Assembly: GCA_965199825.1 (NCBI GenBank) | Contig: OZ241329.1 | Location: forward strand, 2,688,001-2,752,000 | Origin: Bdellovibrionales bacterium | Lineage (GTDB): Bacteria > Bdellovibrionota > Bdellovibrionia > Bdellovibrionales > UBA1609 | Direction: 5' to 3' | Length of the DNA stretch: 64,000 bases | Shown here: positions 19,554-28,261 of the stretch, piece by piece | Numbering within the stretch: position 1 is the first letter of the stretch | Layout of the letters: each line of letters starts with the position of its first letter | Made by a program: the position numbers and the translations under genes | Notes under the pieces: model-generated | Seen by the model: the letters and a program-made list of their open reading frames with translations, nothing else | The model's database searches: none | What the model was told of the DNA's origin: nothing

Positions 19554-20575
19554 GATCAACAAGTCTTTTGTTAGCTGCCATTTTATGGACTGGCGCGGGT
19601 TACGCTGCTCAGAAGGCTGAGCAAGGACTTGTGAAATCTGCGAAGTCTGAAGCTCAAGATCAAAAACAGTTTGATCAAGCTATAAAGTTTGTAAACCAAA
19701 AAGAACCTTTAAGAGCATTAAGCATTTTTAATTCTCTCTTGCGCCAAAAATCTTCAAGTATCGGAAGCGATATTTTGCAGATGGATATTGGTCGCATTTA
19801 CTTTCAAATGGGTGATCTTGATCGCGCAATTGAAGCGTACGAAGGTATTAGCAAAAAATCCGAGTTCTGGCTCGAAGCTCAGGAAGAGCGCGCCCACGCT
19901 TATGGTAGACAAAAAAACTACGATAAGGTGATTTCAGTTCTGACGACAGTCATGTCGCCGGTATTTGATGGCGAAATTGGCCCAGAACCCTATTTTGTTG
20001 CTGGCATCACTTACTTTAAAATCTGTGATTACGGTGCAATCTTTAAGATTTCTGATCAGTACAAAACTCGATTTAAACCTCGCGTTCATGCACTGGCAGA
20101 ATTATTAAACAAAGGCACAAGCCCCCAACTCGAAACGGTATTGAATCGATTAGATCAAAAAGACTATACGCTTCAAACAGTTTCAAGCGAAGGTCGAGTG
20201 TTGCCTCGGAATTTTCTGCGCGATGGTTTGATTAAAACCCGAATCGCTGACCGCAAACTCGCCCTTAAAAATGGCGAAGCTACAAAGGCAGATGCCCTAA
20301 GACGACTCACAGTCTCTCGAATGATGGAACTGACAAAACTTGAGCTCAACGAAATTCAAGATACCACCCAAAAGCTCAATATTTTAGAAGCCGAGATTAT
20401 TCAACGCATTCACAATTTTGAAAATAACAAGAATCGCCCTGTTCAAGGCGATCTCGCTAAGAGTTCGGCTAACGTCTTAACATTTCCTGTAAACGATGAA
20501 TCATGGATTGATGAACTGGACAGTTTTCGCGCTCAAGTGAAGGGCTGCCCAGAATCTAAAAAGAGGAATTTATGA
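19550..20575 (+). CDS. Secreted TPR protein (GltC-like)
   Basis: Signal peptide; TPR (IGRIYFQMGDLDRAIEAY); C-terminal FPVNDESWIDEL..FR...C motif. Confidence 0.7.
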   Translation: MRSTSLLLAAILWTGAGYAAQKAEQGLVKSAKSEAQDQKQFDQAIKFVNQKEPLRALSIFNSLLRQKSSSIGSDILQMDIGRIYFQMGDLDRAIEAYEGISKKSEFWLEAQEERAHAYGRQKNYDKVISVLTTVMSPVFDGEIGPEPYFVAGITYFKICDYGAIFKISDQYKTRFKPRVHALAELLNKGTSPQLETVLNRLDQKDYTLQTVSSEGRVLPRNFLRDGLIKTRIADRKLALKNGEATKADALRRLTVSRMMELTKLELNEIQDTTQKLNILEAEIIQRIHNFENNKNRPVQGDLAKSSANVLTFPVNDESWIDELDSFRAQVKGCPESKKRNL

Positions 20576-21762
20576 AAAAGTTTGCGGTTTTATTTTTATT
20601 CTTAAGCGCTTGTCATCCCTCTTCGCATTGGCTCACCAATCCGCCTGAGAAAGTGACCGGATTTACAGCAGGTGGCGGAGCTGTAACAAAAGATATTTAC
20701 AACACGTGTGAGCTCGTTTTCGTCCTTGATGATTCTGGAAGTATGAGCCAAAAGGTGGCCAACGTACGATCCGCAATCGGCCGTTGGGCTCATGCCTTTT
20801 TGGATCAAAATCCAATCCATTGCCATATTGGTCTCATGCGGAATTTTGACGATTACGGTCATGACCGCGGCCAATACACCGCACAGTCGGCCCCAGGTTT
20901 TTTGGTGCCACTGGCAAATGGAAAACGTTGGATTGACAGTGAAGATCCCGAAGCGATCGATTTAATTGTCCAAGCAATGAGCGAGTACAAAGAAATCCAG
21001 CCAAGCAAAGGTGGATCAACTTACGAAGCTCTTTTTAGTCCAATCATCGCATTTTTCAATCCGCTGTCTGAGGCTCATAAACGAGATCTTGATTTTTTTA
21101 TGGGAAAAGATTCGACAACCATCATCATGATGGTGACCGATGCGAATGATCAGTCCAAAGAGGTTTTCCCTGAGAATGTGGCCGAAATGTTGTGGGCACA
21201 AAAAGGCGTGATACCACAAGAATCACGTAAAAAAGTGATCACCCTTGGTGCGCTGTTGATGAAGAATCAAGGCGACTGCCGCGTGGATGATGCCGGCGTT
21301 CCGGTTCGTGAAGCCGAGTTGGTTCGTCAAACTGGCGGACAAGTTTTTAACGTGTGTGATCGAGGCTTTGGTGATTCTTTGGCTCAGTATGGCCGGAATC
21401 TTCGTACCCGAACCATTCGTCGTGCGATTCGCCTAGGTGGATTGGTCGAAGTTTACCGTGAACAGAAAATGGATTTGCCAATGGACGATTGTTCAAAGGT
21501 TTCAGATCCACATGATTTGCGTGTGTACTACGGGCCGTTTTCTGGCGACCCCTCACAGATTTGTAAAAACACGATGTTGAAACGTGGAGAAGGTGGTTAC
21601 CACTACAATCCAGATAAACAACAGATCACGATCGGTGACGACTTCGCTTATAAGACATGTGCAAACTGTAAGATTCAGATTGCGGCAACTCCAATTAGTG
21701 ACAACGCAATAAGTAACGGAACCGCAAAACCCAACGACGTTCCTGCTTTTAAAAATAAATAA
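20572..21762 (+). CDS. vWA-domain lipoprotein (CglB-like adhesin candidate)
   Basis: Lipobox LSAC; MIDAS motif VFVLDDSGSM and MVTDANDQS; several Cys. Confidence 0.75.
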   Translation: MKKFAVLFLFLSACHPSSHWLTNPPEKVTGFTAGGGAVTKDIYNTCELVFVLDDSGSMSQKVANVRSAIGRWAHAFLDQNPIHCHIGLMRNFDDYGHDRGQYTAQSAPGFLVPLANGKRWIDSEDPEAIDLIVQAMSEYKEIQPSKGGSTYEALFSPIIAFFNPLSEAHKRDLDFFMGKDSTTIIMMVTDANDQSKEVFPENVAEMLWAQKGVIPQESRKKVITLGALLMKNQGDCRVDDAGVPVREAELVRQTGGQVFNVCDRGFGDSLAQYGRNLRTRTIRRAIRLGGLVEVYREQKMDLPMDDCSKVSDPHDLRVYYGPFSGDPSQICKNTMLKRGEGGYHYNPDKQQITIGDDFAYKTCANCKIQIAATPISDNAISNGTAKPNDVPAFKNK

Positions 21763-21809
21763 GTAGAGTTCGTTGCGAGCACTTAGCAATCTTGCTAACT
21801 TTGCTCGCA

Positions 21810-23594
21810 ATGAATACTTTCTTAATCACCTCAATTGTGTTTTTGGGTGCAGCTGTAGTAGCTGTGCCTTTGTTTAAAAGACTCGGGCTCGCATCTGTAC
21901 TGGGTTACCTTGCCGCAGGCTCATTGCTTGGCCCCTTTGGTCTTCATGTCGAGACAAACCCACATAATTTAATGGAAGCCTCCGAAATCGGCATCGTGAT
22001 GTTGCTCTTCGTAATTGGATTGGAACTAAAACCCTCTCGGCTGTGGACTATGCGTCATCAGGTGTTTGGCGCCGGAAGTTTACAATTCTTTAGCACCGCC
22101 ATTTTTATTTTTTTGGTTTCGATGCTCTCGAGTTTATCATTTAAAATGAGTTTAATTATTGGTGTGGCTTTGAGTTTGTCCTCCACCGCATTCGCACTCC
22201 AGATGCTTTCTGAGCGAAAACAAATGACCACCCAATTCGGCAGACTCTCATTTTCAATTTTGTTGTTTCAAGATTTGGTGGCTATCCCGTTTTTGGCAAT
22301 CCTGCCTTTTTTGTCGGAGGACTTTAACGGATTTAATCTCGCAAGTTTTAAAAACCATATGGGATGGCTTTTGACCGCAATTGTTTTGATTGGTGCCCTC
22401 CCCTTTTTACTCCGCCCCATTCTTCGTATGGTGGCCACCACACGCATTCGCGAATTGTTTACCGCGCTCACTCTCCTTTTAGTTTTAGGTCTTGCACTTG
22501 TGATGGAAAAAGCTGGTCTTTCGATGGCGCTCGGAAGTTTTATCGGTGGAATTTTATTATCCGATTCAGAATATCGCCATCAACTCGAAGCCGATATCGA
22601 GCCGTTTAAGGGACTGTTGCTCGGCTTATTTTTTATCGCCATCGGTATGGGCGTGAACTATGGTTTACTTTTCGAAGAACCCTTTTTTATTTTTTCAACC
22701 GTCATTTGCTATATGGGCATCAAAGCCGCAGCCGCATTTTTGGTGGCGCGCTATTTTGGTTTGAACAGACCCGCCTCTCTTGGCCTTGCGATGGTAATCC
22801 CTCAAGGCGGCGAATTTGCGTTTGTGATTTTTTCGGTGTGTTTGAATTCGAAATTATTTTCGCAACCGATGAACGACACTCTCAATTTGATTATTGCTTT
22901 GTCGATGGCACTCACTCCTCTGTTTGCGCTGTTGCATGATCAGTACACTCAGCGGGCACGAAAAAAAGAGGTGGCCGAGTTTGATCGGATTCCAAAAGAA
23001 AATAATAAGGTCATCATTGCGGGATTTGGTCGATTTGGTCAGATCATCGGCCGAGTCATGCGAATGCTCGAGCTTGATTTCACCGCACTCGAAATCGATT
23101 CGGCCCAAGTTGAGGTGTTAAGAAAATTCGGCAGCAAAGTGTATTACGGTGATGCCTCACGGGTTGATCTTTTGACCGCAGCCGGTGCTGACAAAGCAAG
23201 ATTTATGATTATTTGTATCGACGATGTCGAAAGCTCAATACAAACGGTGGATGTGGTCCAAACCCATTTTCCAAATTTAAAAATATTTGCTCGCGCCCGA
23301 AATCGAAATCATGCTTTTTTACTTCTGGATCGCGGTATTGAATTGATTTACCGCGAGACCCTTGCCTCCAGTGCTGAGATGGCCGAAGAATTACTGATCG
23401 CCATGGGCTATCCCCACGCGGTGGCCAAGGCCAATACCAAACGCTTTCGAGCCCACGATGCCGAAACACTATTAAAGCAACACGCAGTTTATAAAGATGA
23501 AAAATTATTGATTCGAACTTCAAAAGAAGCCGCTGAGCAGTTGATCGATGTCCTCAGATCTGACAAACATGAACCCAGCTTAAGTTCGATCTAG
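21810..23594 (+). CDS. CPA2 family K+/H+ antiporter with KTN/RCK domain (KefB/KefC-like)
   Basis: LSLSSTAF, LLFQDL, QLEADIEPFKGLLLGLFF and IAGFGRFGQ motifs. Confidence 0.93.
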   Translation: MNTFLITSIVFLGAAVVAVPLFKRLGLASVLGYLAAGSLLGPFGLHVETNPHNLMEASEIGIVMLLFVIGLELKPSRLWTMRHQVFGAGSLQFFSTAIFIFLVSMLSSLSFKMSLIIGVALSLSSTAFALQMLSERKQMTTQFGRLSFSILLFQDLVAIPFLAILPFLSEDFNGFNLASFKNHMGWLLTAIVLIGALPFLLRPILRMVATTRIRELFTALTLLLVLGLALVMEKAGLSMALGSFIGGILLSDSEYRHQLEADIEPFKGLLLGLFFIAIGMGVNYGLLFEEPFFIFSTVICYMGIKAAAAFLVARYFGLNRPASLGLAMVIPQGGEFAFVIFSVCLNSKLFSQPMNDTLNLIIALSMALTPLFALLHDQYTQRARKKEVAEFDRIPKENNKVIIAGFGRFGQIIGRVMRMLELDFTALEIDSAQVEVLRKFGSKVYYGDASRVDLLTAAGADKARFMIICIDDVESSIQTVDVVQTHFPNLKIFARARNRNHAFLLLDRGIELIYRETLASSAEMAEELLIAMGYPHAVAKANTKRFRAHDAETLLKQHAVYKDEKLLIRTSKEAAEQLIDVLRSDKHEPSLSSI

Positions 23595-23714
23595 TTCTCT
23601 TGCGCAAGCACGCCGTTTGTACACCACCGGAATTTGAATGCAGTCGTCGCGATTGCAAATTCCAAGTGACCTTGAAAATCATTGAACTGTTTGAAGCTGG
23701 GCGTAAGCCCGTCG

Positions 23715-24182
23715 CTATTCAGGAGCTTGATTCAAGTAGTCGGTACGCGTGAGGATCAGTGCTGCAAGCTGGTGCTCATTCTGTATTTCATTTTGCAATC
23801 CCGCCTGCTGAAGCATTGCAATCTCAAGATCGGCAACCTCTTGTACGTCTTTGCCACTCGATGAAATGGGATACTGTGAATTCGAGGAGAGTTTCTCTTT
23901 TAATTCCTCCGAAGCTTTGCCGTACTTACGCAAGACCACTTCTTTCTTGTTCCAATCGTGCAGGAGCGCTCCAGTCAGCAACAATAAGCCTCCTGTTGCA
24001 TAGAGCACGGGAGCTAATGTTGCACCGGCTAAACCGAGGACTGGTATCATCGCAGATCCTGAAGCTGTGCTGCCGCCAACAATTGAGGCTGCTCCCAGCG
24101 TCGTCGACGAGACATCAGACGCGTGGACTGTTGCAGAAAAAAGATCGGTTACAAACAGCGCTATTATTATAAAAGCCTTCAC
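23715..24182 (-). CDS. Small secreted protein, DUF2388-like
   Basis: Signal peptide, Ser/Thr/Gly/Ala-rich segment and C-terminal EHQLAALIL; overlaps the DUF4105 gene stop (ATGTGA-type coupling). Confidence 0.5.
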   Translation of the reverse strand: MKAFIIIALFVTDLFSATVHASDVSSTTLGAASIVGGSTASGSAMIPVLGLAGATLAPVLYATGGLLLLTGALLHDWNKKEVVLRKYGKASEELKEKLSSNSQYPISSSGKDVQEVADLEIAMLQQAGLQNEIQNEHQLAALILTRTDYLNQAPE

Positions 24183-25522
24183 ATAATCTCCTTATTCGTT
24201 TGTTTATAAAAATAAATTTTATTTACTAAATAATTTTTTAGCCAAGAAATATTGGACTGTGTTTCAGCAATTTCTTCAACAAAGTAATTGATCTCCGGCA
24301 CAGAAGAGCAGTTTGCCCAAACTTGCTTTTGCAAACTGCTCAATGTGGATCGACGAGTCTCAATCTCTAAGTCTGAAATAATTTGTTCTGGATGTGGCAC
24401 GGTGTCTCCACGAATCAGTCTCAGGTTTGCAGGCAACAAATCTTTGAGTGCTTTCTTATATTCTCGAGCTAAATCTTTAATCATTGGAGATTGCTGTTGA
24501 TCCGAGAACAAACAAATTAATGTTTTATTTTTAGCCCTTCGAACAAGCTGTTGAAGTGTTGATTCTTCAAGTAAAAGTAATTGCGAGGTAGACTCTATGT
24601 TTAGCAAACCCTCCGCCACCTTTCTGGTATGAGCAGGACTTTTCCAATAACTTGTTAGAGATGACGACTTCGTTATACCGTTAAGCTTGAGCTGCTTTAC
24701 ATAGAGATCAAGATTTTTTTTACGTGAAGCAGATGAGTTATCAGGTGTGACTCTTGCGCTGGCTTGAAGAGCTGTGAGCAATCGTGATGGAGTCAGCAAG
24801 ACAGTAGAAACTTTTTGTAAAGGATCATGATCGTCAAAGGCAATTTGAAGAACCTTTAAAATTTCCGCCGCACAGTTGTTATTGAGAAAACGATAAGGAT
24901 GGCTGGCAATCCAAAAATATTCAACTAAGGCATAAAACATCAAAGTCTTTTCTTTCTCATTGAGTTTCAAGTTGTATGCTTCATACCCTCGCAATTCCTC
25001 AAACCGTTTCTGTCGCTCAAAATCGAATGAGTTGTTAAAGAAAAGAGCACTTGAGTAACCGCCAACAAGGCCTTCATAAGCAGAAAATGGCTCGCCCGCA
25101 CTCTGGGCGGCAAAACCCAAATCGTAGCTGTAAGGATTTTTACATTGCCGATCGTTGCAGAATATAAAGCGCAAAGCGGAATGGCCAAACTGATTGGCAA
25201 GCTCTTCGCCTTTTGCCACGATGACATACTGAATTTTGAAAAGATCGTTGATGTCTAAGCTAACTCTCTCAGCCCGCTGGTCTAACACCATCATTTTTGG
25301 GCATAACTCCGTGGCCGATGGATCTGTGGCCATGCGCAAGAACTCGTAAACAGCTGGTCGATCACATGGGTTTTCGCGCGCCCGCTCTGTGGCTTGCTGA
25401 ACTTTTTCTCGGCCGTCTGCTAATAAAGCCAATCTATTTAAGGAGTCAGCTTCTGACGACAAAGTGGCGGTCATGATAATAGAACTGAACGTGACCTTGG
25501 CAAATCGAAAAAGAAATTTCAT
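24179..25522 (-). CDS. DUF4105 (Lnb N-terminal-like) domain secreted protein
   Basis: FGHSALRF, GLVGGY, ELRG.EAYNLKL and YRFLNNNCA motifs; signal peptide. Confidence 0.8.
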   Translation of the reverse strand: MKFLFRFAKVTFSSIIMTATLSSEADSLNRLALLADGREKVQQATERARENPCDRPAVYEFLRMATDPSATELCPKMMVLDQRAERVSLDINDLFKIQYVIVAKGEELANQFGHSALRFIFCNDRQCKNPYSYDLGFAAQSAGEPFSAYEGLVGGYSSALFFNNSFDFERQKRFEELRGYEAYNLKLNEKEKTLMFYALVEYFWIASHPYRFLNNNCAAEILKVLQIAFDDHDPLQKVSTVLLTPSRLLTALQASARVTPDNSSASRKKNLDLYVKQLKLNGITKSSSLTSYWKSPAHTRKVAEGLLNIESTSQLLLLEESTLQQLVRRAKNKTLICLFSDQQQSPMIKDLAREYKKALKDLLPANLRLIRGDTVPHPEQIISDLEIETRRSTLSSLQKQVWANCSSVPEINYFVEEIAETQSNISWLKNYLVNKIYFYKQTNKEIM

Positions 25523-25904
25523 CCCGCATCGAATACAGGTGTTCTCTAAACAAATAAAGTTATTATTACTTTCATAGGAGATTTAATTTTTCGGTTTGAA
25601 AATTAAAAAACATGCGGAGGCTGATCTTTACTTAGAGTCGTGCTCGATAGACTTAAGTGTTTACGCAATAAGCAGTTGCACGCGGTTTACAAGAGCGAAA
25701 TATGTTGATTCGCACCTCAAAAAAAACCATTGAACAAATCCCCGAACTTCTCCGCGCAGAAAACTACGAGCCTTAGGTGACTTTGTTTTAGGGTTGGGTT
25801 GGGCCTTGATGAGTTTGACATATTGATTCGATAAACCCGAACCAAACCAGACGTAATGCACTAATTCGATTTGATAAAGTCATCCTGGTAGGTAAAGTAA
25901 TCTT

Positions 25905-26729
25905 ATGAAGAATATCAAAAAACTCACTGTGCTCTCCTTATTTTCTATTTTTATTTCACATGGTCCGCAATCTTTTGCTGATGAGGCCTGTTCAATTATA
26001 GAGACCGCGCAAGGTGCAACTCCGGTCATCTTTTTTGGTGGATGGCTTGCTCAGGAGTCAGATGGTCAGAAATGGGCGCAAGCCGCAACTCACTCGGCCA
26101 ATAAAAGTTGTTCGGGTGCGTACAAGTTTGAGGGTCATGGCTTAAATGGAGCAGAAAGCAAAAAGGCTTCTGTTGAAGTAGCGAATGCTCAAGCCATTCA
26201 GTCTTGTGTTCAAAAAATCCAAAATTATAAAGGAAAAATTAAACTTGTTGGACATTCCGATGGGTCATGGCTAGTGAATGCCATCGTTGATAAACTTGTG
26301 GCAGCCGATCGAAAAAAAGTTGAGTTGGTTTTAAAAGATGGCAATTTCAAATCTTCTTGGGGTCCACAAGGTCCACCTGCGAACGTGATTTGTGAAACGT
26401 CGAGTCCAACAAAAATCGATACCTGTAGCGAGATTCAGTGGCCCCCTCACAAATCCGATGATCCACCTTACACGACCAACATGATGACCGGAGTTTGTTC
26501 AGGAAATTGTCAGCCTCGCGTTTCGGTGTCGCGCGATTGTCCACAAAATATCTGGCGCACCCATTTCGGTCTTGTGAGCTCAAGCGCTCCGTGCAATTTG
26601 ACGGTCTCAAAAAATTCAAATTTTAATGCTCAGGTTTATAAAGAAAACATGATGACGCCACTAGATTTCTTAGAGTGTGGTTCTTCCGGTTTTAAGGGCA
26701 GCGGCAAATCACAGCAGTCGACTCCATAG
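25905..26729 (+). CDS. Secreted Cys-rich alpha/beta-hydrolase-like protein
   Basis: Signal peptide; VIFFGGW and nucleophile-elbow-like LVGHSDG; many Cys. Confidence 0.55.
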   Translation: MKNIKKLTVLSLFSIFISHGPQSFADEACSIIETAQGATPVIFFGGWLAQESDGQKWAQAATHSANKSCSGAYKFEGHGLNGAESKKASVEVANAQAIQSCVQKIQNYKGKIKLVGHSDGSWLVNAIVDKLVAADRKKVELVLKDGNFKSSWGPQGPPANVICETSSPTKIDTCSEIQWPPHKSDDPPYTTNMMTGVCSGNCQPRVSVSRDCPQNIWRTHFGLVSSSAPCNLTVSKNSNFNAQVYKENMMTPLDFLECGSSGFKGSGKSQQSTP

Positions 26730-26947
26730 GGCTCGACGGGAATTTTAGGCAGATATTTGCCAAATTACTCAAAATCTGCCCGCCAGAAAGAATTTCCTTA
26801 TAAACTCATTTTATTTGCTCCAATTGGGATTTGCGTTGTCGAAAAGTACAGGATCCTTTACTCGATGCGAAAGGCACGCGGAATTTACCCTTTAGCAGTG
26901 CTGCGCCTCAAGAATTTGAAAGCAAACTTTCTTGCACCCCGTTTCTC

Positions 26948-27553
26948 TCATAAAGTTAGGCTAAATTGCAGCTGGCTCGAAAAAGTTTCTAAAGGTTCAC
27001 GTCGAGCTGATTTTGAACCCCCTTTCTTACTCCAAAATTTCCAAATTTCCTTTCGCCGCAACTGATAAGCCAATCGAGCTTCCATTCCGTAAACAGCTTG
27101 TATCTGATTACAAACTAAATATTCATACATTCGAGCTTCGTCTCTCCCTTTTGAAATAATCCGCGTGAACACCAGGGCATCCCAAAATTTGCCAAACTTT
27201 TTTCCTTTTTGAGCTTTAGAAACAATCCGTGCAATTAGGCCAAGCACGACACGAAGGAAATTTTGAATCATTGGTCGGTTTTGAAATTTTAAGAGAAGAT
27301 GAAAGTGTGTTCCGACGTTACTAAATTCAGCAATACGCACACCGTATACTTTCGCTTTTTCAAAAATTAAATCCTTCAACTGTGTTTGATAATAAAGGCT
27401 TTTAAAACTTAATTTGTTCACTGCGTGTTGGGATCTCATCACCACATGATGCAGTCGTTTTGGATCAAGAGGTCGGGCGGTTTTACGTTTGCCCGCAGCA
27501 GTTCCTCCATGAGATTTACGATTATTTCTTTTAAAAAATTCCTGCTGCTTCAT
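26948..27553 (-). mobile_element. Y1 HUH transposase (IS200/RAYT-like), solitary
   Basis: HHVVMRS, NVGTHFHLLL (HUH), FWD...FTRII and YLVCNQ (catalytic Tyr); no tnpB nearby. Confidence 0.8.
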
Positions 27554-27981
27554 TCATGTAAACTATATTTATTTTTAATAAAAATCAATGAAATGAATTG
27601 GGCAATGTCATTTATCAATTAAGATTTTGAGGAATGTAGACGTTTTTGAAATACAATTTATTTCTAGAGGGTCGATGTTAAAAGCTATTTAAGTTTATTT
27701 CCGTAGTCATTTTTGAAAATCTTTATCCGGGGCAGTGTCATTTGTGAATGAGAACTTGAAAAGTCTCAACCTTCGCAAGGTTCAAAATTTAATACCGAAG
27801 TAGCAAGCAGAGCTTGTAAACTATTTCTGGTCACCAATTCTTTTAGAGAGCTCATAGGCGGGGCAATGTCATTTCTCAATTTCGATTTTAAAAATATCTT
27901 TCTGAAGTAGTAAGAAGAGACTATAAACTAATTCAATTTACGTTTACCGAAAGCGATCCCACAGGCGGGGCAGTGTCACTT
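27554..27981. repeat. Four spaced direct repeats, core GGGCARTGTCAYTT, each preceded by a TAAACTA-like box
   Basis: Cores at 27600, 27730, 27861 and 27968 (spacing 130, 131, 107 bp); AAACTA/AAGCTA boxes at 27560, 27682, 27818 and 27925. Confidence 0.8.
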
Positions 27982-28172
27982 GAACCCCCGTTCGAACGCC
28001 CAACCTCGAAGCCCCGATCAAAACCCCCGATCAAACCCCCGCACAAAACCCCCGCACAAAACCCCGATCAAACGCCCAACCTCAAACCCCCAACCTCGAA
28101 CGCCCAATCTCAAACCCCCTCCTCGAACCCCAGCTCAAAACCCCCGATCGAGCCTCCGTTCGAACCCCCACG
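27982..28172. repeat. Degenerate C-rich tandem repeat, about 15 units of 11-14 bp (RAACCCCCGATC-like)
   Basis: Units such as gaacccccgttc, aaacccccgatc, aaacccccgcaca, aaacgcccaacctc; extreme C/A strand skew. Confidence 0.85.
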
Positions 28173-28261
28173 GAAAGTCACCGACAAAATCAGCAGCCAC
28201 AAAATAATCCGAGACATCAACCACCGCCTCCACCACAAAAAATAGTGACCTCCGCTCAAAT

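Noticed and set aside
26757..27065. 102-aa ORF antisense to the transposase 3' end
   Set aside because: No RBS or recognisable motif; overlaps a well-supported gene on the other strand
27554..27981. CRISPR array
   Set aside because: The conserved core is only ~14 bp, the period is 107-131 bp and no cas genes are in the window; kept as a non-CRISPR array finding
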